From contig OY781089.1 of the NCBI GenBank assembly GCA_963676565.1, forward strand, positions 288,001 through 352,000: 64,000 nucleotides of DNA, in the 5' to 3' direction. How positions within the stretch are numbered: position 1 is the stretch's first letter; each line of letters starts with the position of its first letter. Origin of the DNA: Halarcobacter sp. GTDB lineage: Bacteria > Campylobacterota > Campylobacteria > Campylobacterales > Arcobacteraceae. This document shows positions 9,634 to 19,350 of this stretch, piece by piece. A program made the translations under genes and the position numbers. A model generated the notes under the pieces. The model did not search any database. It saw only the letters and a list, made by a program, of their open reading frames with translations, and was not told the origin of the DNA.

Positions 9634-10629
9634 TTAGTATTGACCAACAAAAAGTGTCATATCAACTAATCTACTTGTATATCCCCATTCATTATCATAC
9701 CATGCTAAAACTTTTACAGTTTTACCTTCAATTACAGAAGTCATGTCAGGAACAAATGTTGAAGAGTATGAACTTCCAATAAAGTCACTTGAAACTCTCT
9801 TATCATTATCAATTTCAATTAAACCATCAAATGAAGATTGACTTGCTAGTTCCATTGCTTTATTTACATCTTCTTTAGTAACCTCTTTTTTAAGATTTAC
9901 TGTTAAGTCTACAACTGAAACATCTGCAGTTGGAACTCTCATTGCATAACCATTAAGTTTACCTTTTAAGTTAGGCATTACAAGTGCGATTGCTTTTGCT
10001 GCTCCTGTTGTAGTTGGAATCATATTCATAGCAGCTGCTCTTGCTCTTCTTGTATCTTTTGCATGTTTACCATCTAAAATATTTTGATCATTTGTATAAG
10101 AGTGAATTGTAGTCATTAAACCATTTTCAATTCCAAAAGTATCATCTAAAACTTTACAAATTGGTGCTAAACAGTTTGTTGTGCAAGAAGCATTTGAAAT
10201 AACAGCTTCACCTTTATATTCGTCTGTATTGATGTTTAATACATATGTTGGTGTATCATCTTTAGCAGGTGCAGACATAACAACTTTTTCAACACCATTT
10301 TTTAAATATGCTTGACATTTTTCAGTTGTTAAAAATGCTCCCGTACACTCAATAACAACTTTAGCTCCACATCCACCAAAATCAACATTTTTTGGATCTC
10401 TATCAGAAAATACTCTAACTTTTACTCCATTGATTAAGATATTTTCATCATCAACTTTTTCTGCATTGATTCCCATGTGCACTGTATCATACTTTAATAA
10501 ATAAATTAACATATCCATATCACAAGTTGTATTTAATGCTACAAGCTCCATATCACTTCTTTGAGATACAATTTTTGCTGCGATTAGTCCAATTCTACCT
10601 GTTCCATTGATTGCTACTTTTAATGCCAT
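9634..10629 (-). CDS. gap: Type I glyceraldehyde-3-phosphate dehydrogenase
   Basis: INGTGRIG, SNASCTTNCLAP, WYDNEWGY; start at MALKVA after AAGGA. Confidence 0.96.
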   Translation of the reverse strand: MALKVAINGTGRIGLIAAKIVSQRSDMELVALNTTCDMDMLIYLLKYDTVHMGINAEKVDDENILINGVKVRVFSDRDPKNVDFGGCGAKVVIECTGAFLTTEKCQAYLKNGVEKVVMSAPAKDDTPTYVLNINTDEYKGEAVISNASCTTNCLAPICKVLDDTFGIENGLMTTIHSYTNDQNILDGKHAKDTRRARAAAMNMIPTTTGAAKAIALVMPNLKGKLNGYAMRVPTADVSVVDLTVNLKKEVTKEDVNKAMELASQSSFDGLIEIDNDKRVSSDFIGSSYSSTFVPDMTSVIEGKTVKVLAWYDNEWGYTSRLVDMTLFVGQY

Positions 10630-10989
10630 AAGTATTCCTTTTGTTAATATAAATCTATAATACACAATATCGATTACAAAATAATTCCATAAAAGTATAT
10701 AATGTAATCAATATGTAAATATATAGTATTATTATAATTAAGTAAAATAAAATATAAACATAAATAGATAAGCTTCAATGATGTTTTTTATAAATTTGAA
10801 GGAAAGTGATAAAAAAGATACAAATTAACAAAAAGATTTACCTTTAAAAATATTACAATCTAAATAAATATTTATCTAAAATAATAAAAGGTGATTATAC
10901 TATCCAAAGGATTTACTAGGTTTTGCTAAAATTTTTAGCACTCAACTTGATTTAGAATATAAAATTACAATTGAATAAAAGGATTGAAT

Positions 10990-11343
10990 ATGAAAATGTA
11001 CGGAATTAAAAGTTGCCCAAGTGTTAAAAAAGCTAGAGCTTTTTTTGATGAAAATAACATCTCTTACGATTTTATAGATTTAAGTAAAGAGCCAGTTAAT
11101 GAAGAAAAAATAGAGAAATGGCAAACTTTTACACCTGCTGCTTCAATGTTAAATCCAAGAAGTAAAGTGTATAGAGATTTAGAATTAAAAACTAAAAAAC
11201 CAACTGAAAAAAAAGCAGTAAGTATAATTGTAAAAGATAATGGTATCTTAAAAAGGCCAATTATAGAACACGGTTTAAATGGTGAAGAAAAATTTACTAT
11301 AGGTTTTAAAGAAGATGAATATAAAGCAACTTTTTTAGCTTAA
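10990..11343 (+). CDS. ArsC/Spx (YffB-like) family protein
   Basis: YGIKSCPSVKKA and LKRPII motifs; AAGGA before ATG 10990. Confidence 0.85.
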   Translation: MKMYGIKSCPSVKKARAFFDENNISYDFIDLSKEPVNEEKIEKWQTFTPAASMLNPRSKVYRDLELKTKKPTEKKAVSIIVKDNGILKRPIIEHGLNGEEKFTIGFKEDEYKATFLA

Positions 11344-11535
11344 ACGTCTAATTGATGGAGCAGTTTTTCTGCTCTGCTTGTTTTTCTTTCTTTCTTCTAA
11401 AATATTCTCATAAACTTCCAAGTCTTCAATTATAAGCTTTTGTACATACTCCAAATAAGATATTTTTTTTTCATTTGCTCTTTGATAGAATTTTTTTTCT
11501 AACTCCTCACCCAACTCAATATTTAATATAATCAT
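11335..11535 (-). CDS. Small hypothetical protein, possibly ribbon-helix-helix
   Basis: 66 aa with AAGG upstream; beta-helix-helix pattern ILNIEL.EELEKKF...A.EKKIS..EYVQKLIIE. Confidence 0.55.
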   Translation of the reverse strand: MIILNIELGEELEKKFYQRANEKKISYLEYVQKLIIEDLEVYENILEERKKNKQSRKTAPSIRRLS

Positions 11536-11601
11536 TCAATAAACCTTCAACCTTGTTATAATAAAAATAATTATAACATAAATCACATAAAAAATGATTT
11601 T

Positions 11602-11814
11602 TTAAGAACTTAAGGTTTTTTTATAATATTTTAAGAAGTTTAAAAAGATTTGTTTTTCTTCATTTGAAAGAGATATTGATTTATTTTGAAAAAGATGAGG
11701 AATCTCTGAATGTAAAGAATAAAGGTATTCATCTAAGGATAAGTTTTTAAGACTGATTCTTTTATTTCTATATTTAAATACTAAATTTTCAAATTTTTCT
11801 AATTCTTTTCCCAT
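11602..11814 (-). CDS. Hypothetical protein
   Basis: 70-aa ORF filling an intergenic gap; no recognisable motif. Confidence 0.4.
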   Translation of the reverse strand: MGKELEKFENLVFKYRNKRISLKNLSLDEYLYSLHSEIPHLFQNKSISLSNEEKQIFLNFLKYYKKTLSS

Positions 11815-11909
11815 ACTCTTTTCTTATTGTTATATATAAAAATATTATATATTCAATATCTTACATTTTGATTACAGTTATAGAAACTAAAGGATTTAAG
11901 TATTTAAAA

Positions 11910-13829
11910 CTATTTTGTAGTTATTTTGATAGTGAATTTTGCCCCTATATATTCAATATTTTTATAAGTATAAGTAGTGTTTTCTACCACTAAACTTCCT
12001 GCTAAGTGATTTTTTACAATTTCTTGACTCATATACAATCCAATACCAGTACCCTGAGATTGGTGTTTTGTTGTAAAGTATGGTTCAAAAATTCGTTCTA
12101 TAATAGTTTCTTTAATTCCCCCACCATTATCTTTTATTTCAATATAAAAACTATTATCTTTTTTGTAAGTTTTTATAAAAATTAATCTTTGTTGATTCTC
12201 TTTTGTAATTAAGATATCTTTTGCATTATTGAGTAGATTAATAAAAACTTGAACAAGTTCATTTTCTATTGAGTATAATTCATAATCATCAATATCTTTA
12301 ATAATTTCTATCTCTTTTGCAGAGAATTGCGAACTAACTAAATTTAAAGCTTTTTCTAAAGAGTTTGAAATCATAAAACTTCTTCGTTCTTTATTATTAG
12401 GGTTAAGAAAGCTTCTAAAATCATCAATTGTTTTAGAAAGGTATTGAACTGAATCATTTATAGCTGTTAGTGAAGAATCTAACTCTGAAGCAGATAAGTT
12501 ATCTAATTCTTTTTGAATTTTCAATCCCGTAGCACTAGCTGAAATTGCAGATAAAGGTTGTCTCCATTGATGAGCAATATTTCCTATCATCTCTCCCATT
12601 GCTGCCATTTTTGATTGTTGTATTAGTAATCTTTCTTTTTCTATAGTTTTATTATTTTCATCTTCAATCTTAGTTCTATATATTATAAATTTTTTTGATA
12701 TTTTCTGAGATATATAAAATGATAACAAAATAAATACAGCAGTTATAAGAATAGAAAGTAAAACTATTTCCCTAATTGATTTTTCTTTTGAACTCAATAA
12801 GTTTTTTGTTTTTAGTTCAATTTCTTTATTAAATTTTTCTAAAAAGAATCCTGTACCAATAACCCAATTCCAATTATCAACAAATTTAATATATGAGATT
12901 TTATCTTGTTTTTCTAAGTTCTCAGGATTTACCTCAGTACTATATTCCATAAAACCTTTTTTATTTTTTATTGCAAATTCAATAACATCTTTTACAACAT
13001 GTTTTCCTAAAGGATTAATTACATTATATCGATTAGTCCCAACTAAAGAATCTTTGTAGTGAGAGAGAACCGTACCTTTATCATCAAATATAAATACATA
13101 AGAATTATCTTCTCCCTTGATCTTTCTAATTTTTAACAACAACTCTTTTTTTAAGTCATTTTCAAAATCATCAATATATTCCCCAGTTCCTATTGCCATG
13201 TTTAATGGTTCAAAATACTTATAAAAACTTATTTTTTTATATGTGTCTTTATTGTTATTAGGTTTATACCAATAGTAAGTATCATACCTTTCACTTTTGT
13301 CTTTTATAGTTTGAACAATAGTTTTAACAAATTGGTAGCCCTTTGCATCTTTAAACTCTAGTTTATTTATATTCTCTAAGCTTTTATTTAAAGGTTGTAA
13401 AATACCTATTCCATTTACATCATCAATAAAAAAATATCCTCGACCATTGTTATATTTTATGCTTCCCAATACTTTTTTTATTATTGATAATAATTCCTCT
13501 TTAGTAACAAAATCTTTTGTTTCTTCATATATATTTGTAGCTATAGCATGGGCTTCATATACTCTATTTTTTATCTGTTGTTTTAATAATTGTTCCGATT
13601 TATCTTTTTCATATGTTATTAGATTATAAATATTATCTATCTTACTTTTTACTATTTGTTTATTTTGAAGAAGATATTTCTGTTTTGTTAGTTTAATTTC
13701 TTTTGAGAAGGCTTCTTCCATTTTTGTCAAATAAATATTTGATACAAAAAGAGATACAAGAATTACAAGAATTATTGGAGAAAACTTAATTATATTTAAA
13801 ATGTTTTTTTCATCATTTGTTATTTTCAT
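11910..13829 (-). CDS. Sensor histidine kinase with two periplasmic Cache-like domains
   Basis: Two TM helices; Cache motifs GYFFI/YVFIF and WNWVIGTG; H-box IAHQWRQPL, N box, DNGGGI, GTGIGLY. Confidence 0.92.
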   Translation of the reverse strand: MKITNDEKNILNIIKFSPIILVILVSLFVSNIYLTKMEEAFSKEIKLTKQKYLLQNKQIVKSKIDNIYNLITYEKDKSEQLLKQQIKNRVYEAHAIATNIYEETKDFVTKEELLSIIKKVLGSIKYNNGRGYFFIDDVNGIGILQPLNKSLENINKLEFKDAKGYQFVKTIVQTIKDKSERYDTYYWYKPNNNKDTYKKISFYKYFEPLNMAIGTGEYIDDFENDLKKELLLKIRKIKGEDNSYVFIFDDKGTVLSHYKDSLVGTNRYNVINPLGKHVVKDVIEFAIKNKKGFMEYSTEVNPENLEKQDKISYIKFVDNWNWVIGTGFFLEKFNKEIELKTKNLLSSKEKSIREIVLLSILITAVFILLSFYISQKISKKFIIYRTKIEDENNKTIEKERLLIQQSKMAAMGEMIGNIAHQWRQPLSAISASATGLKIQKELDNLSASELDSSLTAINDSVQYLSKTIDDFRSFLNPNNKERRSFMISNSLEKALNLVSSQFSAKEIEIIKDIDDYELYSIENELVQVFINLLNNAKDILITKENQQRLIFIKTYKKDNSFYIEIKDNGGGIKETIIERIFEPYFTTKHQSQGTGIGLYMSQEIVKNHLAGSLVVENTTYTYKNIEYIGAKFTIKITTK

Positions 13830-13987
13830 ACTAATCTCTTTATAAAAGTCCTGATAAAGAGTATATAATAATTATATTAAATTTTTATACATTTTATTAA
13901 ATGAAAATAAATTATTTTTGTATTTTATATGTTAATTTAACTAATCTTGCTTCTATTTATTTCCATATAAAACTTCCTTAGTAAGAA

Positions 13988-14188
13988 TTATAATTTACAA
14001 GAGTCAATTTGTGGAGTTGAATATTTAGCTTTTTCTTTTAAGTCTTTTAGTTCCTCTTTATCAAACTCATCTAAATTCTCTTTTGCTTCTAATTTAGCAA
14101 TTTCTTTTGCTAACTCTGGGTCTTTGTATTGAGAACATCCTGTTAATAAAAACACTGACAGCAAAAAATAGATTGACATTCTTTTCAT
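13988..14188 (-). CDS. Small lipoprotein
   Basis: Signal peptide with lipobox LLTGC; AAGGA RBS. Confidence 0.75.
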   Translation of the reverse strand: MKRMSIYFLLSVFLLTGCSQYKDPELAKEIAKLEAKENLDEFDKEELKDLKEKAKYSTPQIDSCKL

Positions 14189-14487
14189 AACTAGTCCTTT
14201 GTTTTAATATAAAAGTTTTATATATATTAAATAAAAATAAGCTTTTTATAGATTTTAAATATAATTATTGAGATAATATTTAGATTGAGAAAGTTCTAAG
14301 TACAAAATCGTAAGTTTAGTTTTAGTCACACCTTTCTTTATTTTGCACTTAGAGCCATTTTATTAAGAAAAATAATTATACTAGTTATATGTTAATGTAA
14401 CAAGGTTATTTTTCTTTACTTTTTCTTTACACTTTAAAATTTAAGATTTAAGATTTAAATTATTATGGTAAGGATTTAGGGATAAAG

Positions 14488-14533
14488 AAGATATAAAAAA
14501 AGTGGAGGTATAAAATACCTCCCCTTTTTTACT
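14488..14533 (-). terminator. Intrinsic terminator, copy 1 of a ~45-bp direct repeat
   Basis: GGAGGTAT-AAA-ATACCTCC stem flanked by A and T tracts; near-identical to 15084-15128. Confidence 0.8.
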
Positions 14534-14565
14534 CTTTCTTAATTATGCTTTTTTATATAATTTAA

Positions 14566-14958
14566 TTAATTTTTAGTCTCTTTTTCATCCTTAAGTTCTG
14601 CCCTAAGCTTATTTTTTTCTTCGTCAAGTTTTTCTTTATCAATCATACATTCTTTCTCATTTGAAAGTTTTGATAAAACTTCAATTCTTGCTTTAGCCGC
14701 TTCTCGAGCATCACCAGCATTCATTTGGTTCACAATTATTCCGGGCCAAAAGAATAGCCCCATTCCTACATTTCTACCAGAAAAACCCGTTTTTTCATCA
14801 ATATCATCAAGAACCATCTCTGTTTTTGCATACTCTAAGACTATTTCATTGCAACTTAACTTATTATCATGTAATGTATGTACCTTTACTTGTTTATGTG
14901 TACAACCTGCCAATAATCCAACACCAATTATTGATACAATTAAATTTTTTATGTTCAT
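14566..14958 (-). CDS. Lipoprotein of unknown function
   Basis: Lipobox LLAGC; AGGAG before ATG 14958; LSC.....E...C pattern. Confidence 0.8.
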   Translation of the reverse strand: MNIKNLIVSIIGVGLLAGCTHKQVKVHTLHDNKLSCNEIVLEYAKTEMVLDDIDEKTGFSGRNVGMGLFFWPGIIVNQMNAGDAREAAKARIEVLSKLSNEKECMIDKEKLDEEKNKLRAELKDEKETKN

Positions 14959-15083
14959 TTCTTCTCCTAAAATTAAGTTTGAAATAATAACTAAACAATT
15001 ACTCAAAAATGTCTCAATTTATTGAAATCAATAATTTTTTAATAATTTAGAAAAGAATAAAAAGGCCACAGGTTAAATAGCTT

Positions 15084-15128
15084 AAGACATAAAAAAAGGG
15101 AAGGTATAAAATACCTCCCCTTTTTACT
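15084..15128 (-). terminator. cspA intrinsic terminator, copy 2 of the repeat
   Basis: Minus strand GGGGAGGTAT-TTT-ATACCTTCCC followed by a T tract. Confidence 0.85.
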
Positions 15129-15142
15129 ATTTAAAGCTTATA

Positions 15143-15352
15143 TTATAAAGCAGTTACGTTAACAGCTTGAAGACCTTTTTGACCCTCTTCTACTTCGAAA
15201 GTAACTTTTTGACCTTCATCTAAAGAAACTCTTCCGTAACCTGTGTTATTAATCTGTCTGTAGTGTACAAATACATCTTTCCCACCATCATCTTGTTGAA
15301 TAAATCCAAAACCTTTTTCACTATTGAACCATTTTACTGTTCCGTTTGCCAT
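15143..15352 (-). CDS. cspA: Cold-shock protein
   Basis: [21 protein letters not shown]. Confidence 0.97.
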   Translation of the reverse strand: MANGTVKWFNSEKGFGFIQQDDGGKDVFVHYRQINNTGYGRVSLDEGQKVTFEVEEGQKGLQAVNVTAL

Positions 15353-15491
15353 TGTCTTTCCTTTTTTTAATATGTCTTATAATAAAAAACTCAAATTATA
15401 AATACATATTAACATGACAAAATCCAGTCAAAAATTTGACAAAAATCAGCATGAGTTACTACGTTCTATTTGTGTTTGTTTAAATTATAAA

Positions 15492-15567
15492 TGGAGGAGG
15501 TAGCCGGACTCGAACCGACGCATACAGGATTTGCAATCCCGGGCATTACCAACTTTGCTATACCTCC
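15492..15567 (-). tRNA. tRNA-Cys(GCA)
   Basis: Cloverleaf with acceptor GGAGGTA/TACCTCC, anticodon loop TTGCAAA, GGTTCGAGTCC, encoded CCA. Confidence 0.97.
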
Positions 15568-15616
15568 GTATAAATCATTTTAACAGTAGTAAGATAAAAT
15601 GATTGTTTAAAAAAAA

Positions 15617-15705
15617 TGGCAGAGAGCAAGGGATTCGAACCCTCGGAGGCGTGAACCTCGCCGGTTTTCAAAACCGGTGCTTTCGACCAACTCAGCCAAC
15701 TCTCT
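15617..15705 (-). tRNA. tRNA-Ser(TGA)
   Basis: CCGGT-TTTGAAA-ACCGG anticodon arm, long variable arm, GGTTCGAATCC, G discriminator, CCA. Confidence 0.97.
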
Positions 15706-15742
15706 ACGCAAAAAAAAAGATGCTCTCGCATCAATTGAAAAG

Positions 15743-15829
15743 TGGTGCGAATGGTGAGAATCGAACTCACACTCCGAAACCGGAATGGGATTTTAAGTCC
15801 CACGCGTCTACCTATTCCGCCACACTCGC
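15743..15829 (-). tRNA. tRNA-Leu(TAA)
   Basis: TGGGA-CTTAAAA-TCCCA anticodon arm, long variable arm, GTTCGATTC, CCA. Confidence 0.97.
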
Positions 15830-15885
15830 ACTTAACAGTAGTTTGAATTTAAAAAACATTGTGTTGTTTCTTAAATTGGACTGGA

Positions 15886-15914
15886 ATTATAATAGATTTT
15901 TTTTTCTTTGTCAA
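15886..15914 (-). promoter_or_regulatory. Sigma70 promoter of the tRNA operon
   Basis: Perfect TTGACA-17 bp-TATAAT on the minus strand. Confidence 0.9.
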
Positions 15915-16029
15915 GGGTTTTTGAAAAAAATTTCAAAATTTTATAAAAATATTTTTTTTTAATAAGAAACAAAACCCTAAAAATGTATAATGCACCCCAC
16001 AAAATAGCCCTAGAAAAGGATAAAGACAT

Positions 16030-17718
16030 ATGAGAAGTGATGAAGTAAAAAAAGGTTTTGACAGAACACCACACAGATCTTTATTAAGAGCGACTGGATT
16101 AAAAGATGAAGATTTTGATAAACCATTTATTGGAGTTGCAAATTCTTTTATTGAATTAATTCCTGGACACTTTTTCTTAGATAAAGTATCAGCAATTATA
16201 AAAGAAGAGATTAAAGCAAATGGATGTGTTCCATTTGAGTTTAATACAATTGGTGTTGATGATGGTATTGCTATGGGTCATGATGGTATGTTATTTTCAC
16301 TTCCAAGTAGAGAATTGATAGCATCTTCTATTGAAACAGTTATGAATGCACATAAACTTGATGCGATGATTGCTATTCCAAATTGTGATAAAATTGTACC
16401 AGGTATGATTATGGGTGCTTTAAGAGTAAATGTTCCTACTGTATTTGTATCTGGTGGGCCAATGCAAAAAGGTCACACAAAAGATGGTACTCCTATTGAT
16501 TTAGCTACTGCTTTTGAAGCTGTAGGAAAACATGAAGCAGGAGATATGAGTGATGAAGAGTTAAAAGATATTGAGTGTAATGCATGTCCATCTGGTGGAT
16601 CATGTTCAGGTATGTTTACTGCTAACTCTATGAATACACTTATGGAAGCAATGGGAATTGCACTTCCTGGAAATGGTACAATTTTAGCACTTACTCCTGA
16701 GAGAGAAGAGTTATATAGAAAAGCTGCAAGAAGAGTTTGTGAGATTGCAAAAGATGCACAATCTAGAGAAAAATTTAAATTAAAAAATATTTTAAATGAA
16801 AATGCCGTTAGAAATGCATTTGCTGTTGATATGGCAATGGGTGGATCTTCAAATACTGTATTACATATGTTAGCTATTGCAAAAGAAGCAGGAGTTAACT
16901 TTAATCTTGAAGATATTAACTCAATTTCAAAAAAGGTTTCACATATTGCTAAAATCTCTCCATCATTATCAACTGTACATATGGAAGATATCAATAAAGC
17001 AGGTGGAGTTAATGCTGTTATGAAAGAGATGACAAAAAGAGGTGATGATATCTTAATTGAAAATCTTACTATAACTGGTGAAACTTTATATGAAAAAATT
17101 AAAGATGCATATATAAAAGACACAAATATTATTCATACTATTGATAATCCATATTCAGAAGTTGGGGGATTAGCTATCCTTTATGGAAACCTTGCACAAG
17201 AAGGTGCTGTTATTAAAACTGCTGGAATTACTGGAGATAGAGTATTTACAGGTAAAGCAGTTTGCTTTGATGGACAACCAGAAGCTATTTCTGGAATTGT
17301 TGGTGGGAAAGTAAAAGCTGGTGATGTTGTTGTTATTAGATATGAAGGTCCTAAAGGTGGTCCTGGTATGCAAGAGATGCTAGCTCCTACAAGTTTAATT
17401 ATGGGAATGGGCCTAGGTGACAAATGTGCACTTATTACTGATGGAAGATTTAGTGGAGCAACAAGAGGTGCTTCAATTGGTCACGTTTCTCCAGAAGCTG
17501 CTGAAGGTGGAATGATTGGACTTCTAAAAGATGGTGATGAGATTCATATTGATGTTGATAAATATATTCTTTCTGTAAATTTAACAGATGAAGAAATAGC
17601 AAAAAGAAAAGCTGAATTTAAACCTCTTAAAAAACCTCTTAACTCTTCTTGGTTAGGACAATATAGAAGTTTAGTTACAAATGCAAGTAATGGTGCTGTT
17701 TTAAAAACTGATCTTTAA
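16030..17718 (+). CDS. ilvD: Dihydroxy-acid dehydratase
   Basis: [40 protein letters not shown]. Confidence 0.97.
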   Translation: MRSDEVKKGFDRTPHRSLLRATGLKDEDFDKPFIGVANSFIELIPGHFFLDKVSAIIKEEIKANGCVPFEFNTIGVDDGIAMGHDGMLFSLPSRELIASSIETVMNAHKLDAMIAIPNCDKIVPGMIMGALRVNVPTVFVSGGPMQKGHTKDGTPIDLATAFEAVGKHEAGDMSDEELKDIECNACPSGGSCSGMFTANSMNTLMEAMGIALPGNGTILALTPEREELYRKAARRVCEIAKDAQSREKFKLKNILNENAVRNAFAVDMAMGGSSNTVLHMLAIAKEAGVNFNLEDINSISKKVSHIAKISPSLSTVHMEDINKAGGVNAVMKEMTKRGDDILIENLTITGETLYEKIKDAYIKDTNIIHTIDNPYSEVGGLAILYGNLAQEGAVIKTAGITGDRVFTGKAVCFDGQPEAISGIVGGKVKAGDVVVIRYEGPKGGPGMQEMLAPTSLIMGMGLGDKCALITDGRFSGATRGASIGHVSPEAAEGGMIGLLKDGDEIHIDVDKYILSVNLTDEEIAKRKAEFKPLKKPLNSSWLGQYRSLVTNASNGAVLKTDL

Positions 17719-17719
17719 T

Positions 17720-17746
17720 AATAAGTTGGGAAATTCCCAACTTATT
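17720..17746 (+). terminator. ilvD terminator hairpin
   Basis: AATAAGTTGGGA-AAT-TCCCAACTTATT. Confidence 0.8.
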
Positions 17747-17921
17747 CCTACTACAAACTCCACAATTTCTACACTTTGTATTAAGTTTTTGTTTACACTT
17801 TATTCAGAAACAGTTTACATTTAGATATTATAATTATCTTACATAAACTATGAAACTCTATTTAAGTAGGTACCACATTAAAAAGTTTAGAGTAAATAGA
17901 ATTATTTAAAAGGACAGAAAA

Positions 17922-19340
17922 ATGAGTAAAAAAGCTATTTTATTTACTGCCATTCTTGCATCAAGTTTATTTGCATCAAGTATAGATTTTCAAATGGCAG
18001 AAAAGAATCCACAAAGGGTTACTCCAAGTAATCCACACCAAATTTTATCTTTCAATGAAAGTGTAAAAGATGCTATGCATTCAGTTGTAAATATTGCAGC
18101 TAAGAGAAAAGTTTCTTCAAATGCTGGAAATATTCCATTTCAAATGTTTAACGATCCATTTTTAAGAAGATTTTTTGGGGATCAATTTAATGAACAATTT
18201 CAACAAAATAGAATTCAAAGATCACTTGGTTCTGGTGTAATCATCTCAAAAGATGGATACATAGTTACCAATAACCATGTTATAGAAAATGCTGACGAGA
18301 TTACAATTACAATTGGTGAAGACCCAAAAGAGTATAATGCTAGAGTTATTGGCAAAGATGCTGATTCAGATTTAGCAGTTATCAAAATCGAAGGGGATAA
18401 CTTCACAGCTATTAAATTAGGATTTTCTGAAAGTTTAAAAGTTGGGGATTTAATTTTTGCCCTTGGTAACCCTTTTGGTATAGGAAGTACTGTAACACAA
18501 GGTATTATTTCTGCATTAAATAAAGACAATGTAGGTATCAATAGATATGAAAACTTTATTCAAACAGATGCCTCTATCAACCCTGGAAACTCAGGTGGAG
18601 CACTTGTAGATAGTAGAGGTGCTTTAATTGGTATTAACAGTGCAATAATCTCAAGATCAGGTGGAAATAATGGTATTGGTTTTGCAATTCCAGTTGATAT
18701 GGTAAAAAATGTTGTAAAAAAATTAATCTCTGATGGTAAAGTAACAAGGGGTTATTTAGGTGTGGTAATTGATGATTTAAAACCAAATTTAACGAAACTT
18801 TATAACCATGATAGTGGTGCTTTAATTTTAGATGTTGCAAGTGATACTCCTGCTGCTAAAGCTGGGTTAAAAAGAGGAGATTTAATCTACTCTATTAATA
18901 ACAAACAAATTAGAAATAGAAAAGATTTACAAAATGTTATCGCCTCATTTAAACCTGATGAAACTATCAATGTTAAGATTGAAAGGGATAAAGAAAATAT
19001 CACAAAAGAGATTACCCTTGGCAATAGAGCTGGTCTTATAACTTCTGAAGCAAATAATGGTAAATTTTTAGGTGGTCTTCAATTATCTGAAATCAATGCT
19101 GATATGATAAAAAGATTTAGATTAAGTTCAAATGCAGAAGGTGTTTTAATTATTGGTGTTGAACCAGGTTCAAGAGCAGAAAAAGTTGGTTTTCAACCAG
19201 GTGATGTTATTATCCAAATTGAAGAAATCGAAATAAAAAGCTTTGGTGACATACAACAAGCTGTAAGAAAGTATAATAAAAAAGATAAAAGAATCTATGT
19301 TAATAGATATGGTCAAACAATTCTATTAGCAATGAAATAA
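17922..19340 (+). CDS. htrA: Periplasmic serine protease HtrA/DegP with two PDZ domains
   Basis: TNNHVI, DLAVIK, INPGNSGG catalytic triad; signal peptide. Confidence 0.96.
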   Translation: MSKKAILFTAILASSLFASSIDFQMAEKNPQRVTPSNPHQILSFNESVKDAMHSVVNIAAKRKVSSNAGNIPFQMFNDPFLRRFFGDQFNEQFQQNRIQRSLGSGVIISKDGYIVTNNHVIENADEITITIGEDPKEYNARVIGKDADSDLAVIKIEGDNFTAIKLGFSESLKVGDLIFALGNPFGIGSTVTQGIISALNKDNVGINRYENFIQTDASINPGNSGGALVDSRGALIGINSAIISRSGGNNGIGFAIPVDMVKNVVKKLISDGKVTRGYLGVVIDDLKPNLTKLYNHDSGALILDVASDTPAAKAGLKRGDLIYSINNKQIRNRKDLQNVIASFKPDETINVKIERDKENITKEITLGNRAGLITSEANNGKFLGGLQLSEINADMIKRFRLSSNAEGVLIIGVEPGSRAEKVGFQPGDVIIQIEEIEIKSFGDIQQAVRKYNKKDKRIYVNRYGQTILLAMK

Positions 19341-19350
19341 AGGATTTACA

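Noticed and set aside
10672..10709. GATTACA...TGTAATC inverted repeat upstream of gap
   Set aside because: Only 7 bp with a 24-bp spacer in very AT-rich DNA; not distinguishable from chance
14440..14460. TTTAAGA short tandem repeat
   Set aside because: Fewer than three full units, low complexity
15492..15567. tRNA-Cys as an integration site for a prophage or island
   Set aside because: No integrase and no clear duplication of the tRNA 3' end seen in the window
15558..16074. Three ORFs (81, 119 and 67 aa) in the track
   Set aside because: They overlap the tRNA genes, their promoter and the ilvD start; no coding features
16473..18840. Minus-strand ORFs within ilvD and htrA
   Set aside because: Antisense shadows of well-supported genes; the same applies to the other short opposite-strand ORFs in the track
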